DNA of 64,000 bases from Desulfobacterales bacterium (lineage in GTDB: Bacteria; Desulfobacterota; Desulfobacteria; Desulfobacterales; UBA5852). This document shows, in pieces, positions 60,396 to 64,000 of this stretch (positions within the stretch are counted from its first letter, which is position 1; the number at the start of each line of letters is the position of its first letter). The DNA is taken from assembly GCA_963674755.2 (NCBI GenBank), contig CAXXVS010000003.1, positions 1,472,001 to 1,536,000 on the forward strand, in the 5' to 3' direction. The notes beneath the pieces are model-generated. The model had not been told where the DNA came from. It did not search any database and saw only the letters and a list, made by a program, of their open reading frames with translations. Both the position numbers and the translations under genes were made by a program.

Positions 60396-62093
60396 TTGAA
60401 AGTCAAAACCAAAGCCGCTATTCAGGTTGTCGACAGCGATGCGGCGCCGGCCGCTTTTTCCGGCACGAGTCCCCCGAAGGCAAAGGACGCTAATGTGACG
60501 CCCCTGGCGTATTTCAGCCGCTCCCTTTTAGAGGCCGATCAGGATTTCGGCACGGCCTTCATGGTCGTCAACCGGATTCAGGAGCTCCTGAAGAAGGAGC
60601 GCCACGTGCCGGCGGACAGTGTTTTGCAGGCCTGTGAGCGGGTGTGGCAAACCCCGGCCTACCGGGACCAGAAACAGGCCTATTTTCTCTACCGCTCCGT
60701 GTCGGATACCGCGCAGCAGGTGATGATGGGCGCCCTTCACAAGGAAGAAGCCGTTGCGCGGCGGGTGCTCGATCTGCTTTTGTCCGGTCTGGCCTCTCCC
60801 CACGAAAGTCTCCGCCGGGCGGCCTGCGAAGGGCTGGGGATGCTGCCCCTGGCGGTTGACCGCCGCCTGCCGCCCGAACCGGAGACAAGGCCCTCCCTGC
60901 CGGCGGCGCTGCCGGTGCTCGACCAGGACTGGCTGGCCAGGCGCAACATCCGGACCATAAACGGCTGGTCCTGGGCGGGCCGCAGCCTGCGTGCGCCGAC
61001 CCGATCAGGGGCGATCCTGGTGGTCAAGTGCCTGCGCAAGGGTGAAGATCCCGCTGCACTGCAGCGGGAAGCCGCCTGGATGCAGCATCTGGCCGGTTGC
61101 GCACATCGGCTGAAGCGTCCCTTTCACATCCCCCAGCCTTTGGAACACAGGGACGGCTGGCTGGTGCGCACCCCCCGGTCCCTTGCCCGGGGCGGGACCG
61201 AAGCCTCCCTGCATCCCAAAGGGTATGCCCTGGCGTTTCTGGCCCCGTCCGATTATTTTAGCTATCCCAACGAAGCCTCGCCGGACCGCCGCCTGGGGGC
61301 GGCGGCGATTTGCGAAGTTTTGGGCCGCAATGCCTACCTCATGGGCCGGCTCACGGCCCTGGGCATCGCCCATACGGCGCCGATCCCCCTGTTTCACAAC
61401 CGGGCCCAGGGTCATCGGCGGGAAGATGAGGGGCACTATCGCTGGACCCACCGTGGACGGCTGGACCGCTGGCTGGCCTCCTGCCGCCACCCCAATTTCG
61501 GGGTGAGCGGTCTGCGGGATTTCGAACACTTCGCTGCCGTGGCGGGGCGCCGCCGCTACGAGGTCATCGGCAGCCACCTGATCAGCCTGCTCCTGGTGGC
61601 CGGCAGCTATTTCCGCCAGAAAGCGCCCCGGCGGGTGGGTTTCGATACCGCCGGCCGGCCGGTGGATGCCCGGGATCTCTTCGACCGCGGTCTTCTGAAG
61701 ACGATCGTCGCGGAAATCTGGCAGAGCTATGCCGAAGGCTTCAGCGGCGCGGCCCCGGCGGAGAGCCCCCCTCACATCCCCGCGAATCTCATCGATCGCA
61801 TGATCGACGAGATGGGCGTGGACCGGCACATGGAAGAGATTCTCAGAGTGGCGGACCAGGAGGCCATGAGCCGTCCCATGTTTTTATCCTTTCTCCAGTC
61901 CCGGGGCTTTTCCCTCGCCCAGTCCCAGGGGCTTACCCAGGGCCGGGCCGATATCCCACTGATGACCGGTCCCCACCTGGGGGGATTCAACCAGCCGATC
62001 TCACTGCCGGAACTGATCGATTTCGCTGCCGCCGGGGCGGCGCACTGCGTAGCGGAACGGTTTCGCAACGAGAACGTTCTGGCAAGCAGGTGA
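60396..62093 (+). CDS. SidJ-related pseudokinase-fold protein; start uncertain (TTG 60396 or GTG 60495)
   Basis: LVVK, IPLFHNR..RREDEGHY, GRLDRWLASC..NFGVSGLRDFEH, GPHLGGFNQPISLPEL. Confidence 0.75.
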   Translation: MKVKTKAAIQVVDSDAAPAAFSGTSPPKAKDANVTPLAYFSRSLLEADQDFGTAFMVVNRIQELLKKERHVPADSVLQACERVWQTPAYRDQKQAYFLYRSVSDTAQQVMMGALHKEEAVARRVLDLLLSGLASPHESLRRAACEGLGMLPLAVDRRLPPEPETRPSLPAALPVLDQDWLARRNIRTINGWSWAGRSLRAPTRSGAILVVKCLRKGEDPAALQREAAWMQHLAGCAHRLKRPFHIPQPLEHRDGWLVRTPRSLARGGTEASLHPKGYALAFLAPSDYFSYPNEASPDRRLGAAAICEVLGRNAYLMGRLTALGIAHTAPIPLFHNRAQGHRREDEGHYRWTHRGRLDRWLASCRHPNFGVSGLRDFEHFAAVAGRRRYEVIGSHLISLLLVAGSYFRQKAPRRVGFDTAGRPVDARDLFDRGLLKTIVAEIWQSYAEGFSGAAPAESPPHIPANLIDRMIDEMGVDRHMEEILRVADQEAMSRPMFLSFLQSRGFSLAQSQGLTQGRADIPLMTGPHLGGFNQPISLPELIDFAAAGAAHCVAERFRNENVLASR

Positions 62094-62282
62094 CATCCAT
62101 TTCTTCCTTGCCCAAACCAAGGCGCGCTCAACCCGCTAATAGTATTTGACAGACAGAAAAGCGCCTTATAACGTTCAGGAAAACCATTTTGATCATCTTT
62201 TGATGCGCTTTGTTTTCACCGGAAAGACCGGCTGCCACGAGAAGAAACGCGACCTTGCCAACCGAAAAGATGTGAATACGTC

Positions 62283-63728
62283 ATGAAAAATTGTTCGCGA
62301 AACGCAAAGCGCGGCATCGGAACGCTTATAACAGCGGTGGTGGTGTTGATGGGCCTGACGGGCTGTACCCTGGGGCCGAATTTCGTCAAACCGGACATGA
62401 CCCCGCCGGAAGCCTATCGGACCGACATCATGCCCGCCACGTCGGCCGACGATTTGAAATGGTGGGAGCTGTTCGACGATCCGATGCTCTACGACCTGGT
62501 CACCACCGCCCTGGCCAACAACAAGGATATCGGGATCGCCGTCAGCCGGATGGAAGAGGCCCGGGCCTCCCTGGGGTTCACCCGCGCCGACCAGTTCCCC
62601 CAGCTGGATCTGCAGGGCGGCGCCAACCGCGGCACCTTTTCGGGAGGGGTGCGCAGCGAGGATACCAACTACTACGCCTATATCGCACCGGTTTTGAGCT
62701 GGGAGATCGATTTCTGGGGCAAATACCGGCGGGCCACCGAATCGGCCCGGGCGACCCTGCTCGCTTCGGAATATGCGGTCAAAACCGTGCAGCTGGCCCT
62801 GGTTTCCGAAGTGGCCTCGGCCTATTATATCCTGCTCGACTTTCACCAGCGGCTGGCCATTTCCAGGGCAACGCTGGAATCGCGTAAGGAGAGCCTGCGC
62901 ATCATCCGGCTGCGGTTTGAAAAGGGCACCGTGCCGGAAATCGACCTGAATCAGGCCCAGATTCAACTGGAGGTCGCCGTGGAGGCCATCCCCCTCTACG
63001 AACGCCAGATCGCCAATACGGAAAACGCGTTGAGCATCCTGCTGGGTCGGATGCCCGCCGCAGTCCCCACCGGAGCGAAGCTGCAGGATCAGGCCCTGCC
63101 GCCGGACATACCGGCCGGTATTCCTGCGGCGGTCTTGACCCGCCGGCCGGATATCGCCCAGGCCATGTATGCCCTGCAAGCCCAGAACGCCCGAATCGGG
63201 GTGGCCCAGGCCCTGCGCCTGCCGGCCGTCAGCCTGACCGGGCTGCTGGGGCTGGCCACCAGCGAGGTGTCCGGTATCCAGTCGGACGGGGGTGTCTGGG
63301 CGGTGGGGGGCAGCCTGCTGGGCCCCATCTACGACTTCGGCAAGAGCCGCAGCCGGGTGGACATCGAGAAGGCGCTTACGCAGCAGTCGCGCTATACCTA
63401 TGAAAAGGCCGTGCTGACGGCCTTTCGCGAAGTGGATGACGCCTTGACGGATATCGATTCCCTTAAACGGCAGACCGCCTCCATCGAGCGGCGTCTGAAG
63501 GCGGCCACCAACGCCAATTTTCTATCCAAGGCGCGCTATGACAGGGGGGTTACCAGCTACCTCGAGGTCCTGGACAGCGAGCGTGCCCTGTTTGAGGTGG
63601 AATTGGGAAATTCGGAGCGGCGCCGGCAGCTCTTTAACGCCTACGTGCAGCTCTACAAGGCGCTGGGCGGCGGTTGGCTGACGAAGGAGGCCATGACCGA
63701 GGCGGAAGCGGTGCCGGCCGGTCCCTAA
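62283..63728 (+). CDS. Efflux outer-membrane factor lipoprotein (NodT/OprM family)
   Basis: LTGC lipobox, WWELFDDP, SWEIDFWG, RRPDI, YLEVLD, LYKALGGGW. Confidence 0.93.
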   Translation: MKNCSRNAKRGIGTLITAVVVLMGLTGCTLGPNFVKPDMTPPEAYRTDIMPATSADDLKWWELFDDPMLYDLVTTALANNKDIGIAVSRMEEARASLGFTRADQFPQLDLQGGANRGTFSGGVRSEDTNYYAYIAPVLSWEIDFWGKYRRATESARATLLASEYAVKTVQLALVSEVASAYYILLDFHQRLAISRATLESRKESLRIIRLRFEKGTVPEIDLNQAQIQLEVAVEAIPLYERQIANTENALSILLGRMPAAVPTGAKLQDQALPPDIPAGIPAAVLTRRPDIAQAMYALQAQNARIGVAQALRLPAVSLTGLLGLATSEVSGIQSDGGVWAVGGSLLGPIYDFGKSRSRVDIEKALTQQSRYTYEKAVLTAFREVDDALTDIDSLKRQTASIERRLKAATNANFLSKARYDRGVTSYLEVLDSERALFEVELGNSERRRQLFNAYVQLYKALGGGWLTKEAMTEAEAVPAGP

Positions 63729-63799
63729 AACCTAAAGCTTATTGACCATAGAAGTGTTGAGCGTAGCGGTCTGTTCGCTGGACAGGCCGCTGCTTTTGT

Positions 63800-64000
63800 T
63801 CAGGAGTACTGGAAGTTCTTCGAATTGAAAAGGGTCAGGCAGGCCTGCACCCCATGGGGGTCGTAGAGCCGGCCGCTGTTCTGGCGGATTTCCGCCAGGG
63901 CCACGTCGCGCCCGCGCCCCGGCCGGTAGGGCCGATGAGATTCGATGGTTTCCACCACATCCGCGATGCACAGGATGCGGGCCTCCAGCAGGATGTTCTC
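63800..64000 (-). CDS. HD-GYP domain protein, C-terminal end (5' truncated; not in ORF track)
   Basis: ILLEARILCIADVVETIESHRPYRPG..EIRQNSGRLYDP. Confidence 0.88.
   Translation of the reverse strand, partial: ENILLEARILCIADVVETIESHRPYRPGRGRDVALAEIRQNSGRLYDPHGVQACLTLFNSKNFQYS

Noticed and set aside
63732..63971. 79-aa minus-strand ORF in the track
   Set aside because: Wrong frame; the real coding frame is the HD-GYP C-terminus ending at 63800

Overview
GC-rich chromosomal window from a sulfate-reducing Desulfobacterota bacterium (inferred from the canonical DsrC, AhbA, HcpR, Rbr/Dfx/Rub/Roo set; probably Desulfobacterales). Order: (1) oxidoreductases, miaA, dsrC, yjbQ, ahbA; (2) a divergent lactate-oxidation locus (por, lldH/G, permease <> glcD/glcF-like D-LDH, FadR-family regulator) with two operators, then fumarase and a hybrid kinase; (3) an approx. 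18 kb nitrosative/oxidative defence island: hcpR, NapC/NirT tetraheme, octaheme Hao-like cytochrome, hcp, ferredoxin, rbr, dfx, flavodoxin, cydAB, triheme cytochrome, rubredoxin, flavodiiron protein and several small Cys-rich proteins; (4) MBOAT pair, ECF sigma/zinc anti-sigma, DtxR, housekeeping genes, a small siroheme sulfite reductase, an OmpR-type two-component system, degP, sppA, a SidJ-like pseudokinase and an efflux outer-membrane factor. Best candidate for a new system: an unannotated small membrane ORF (46207-46374) with an in-frame TGA followed by a SECIS-like hairpin (putative U-x4-C selenoprotein), leading an ECF sigma/soluble zinc anti-sigma operon behind an ECF-type promoter. No rRNA, tRNA, CRISPR array or transposase was seen. 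All calls come from motif recognition by eye; no searches were run.
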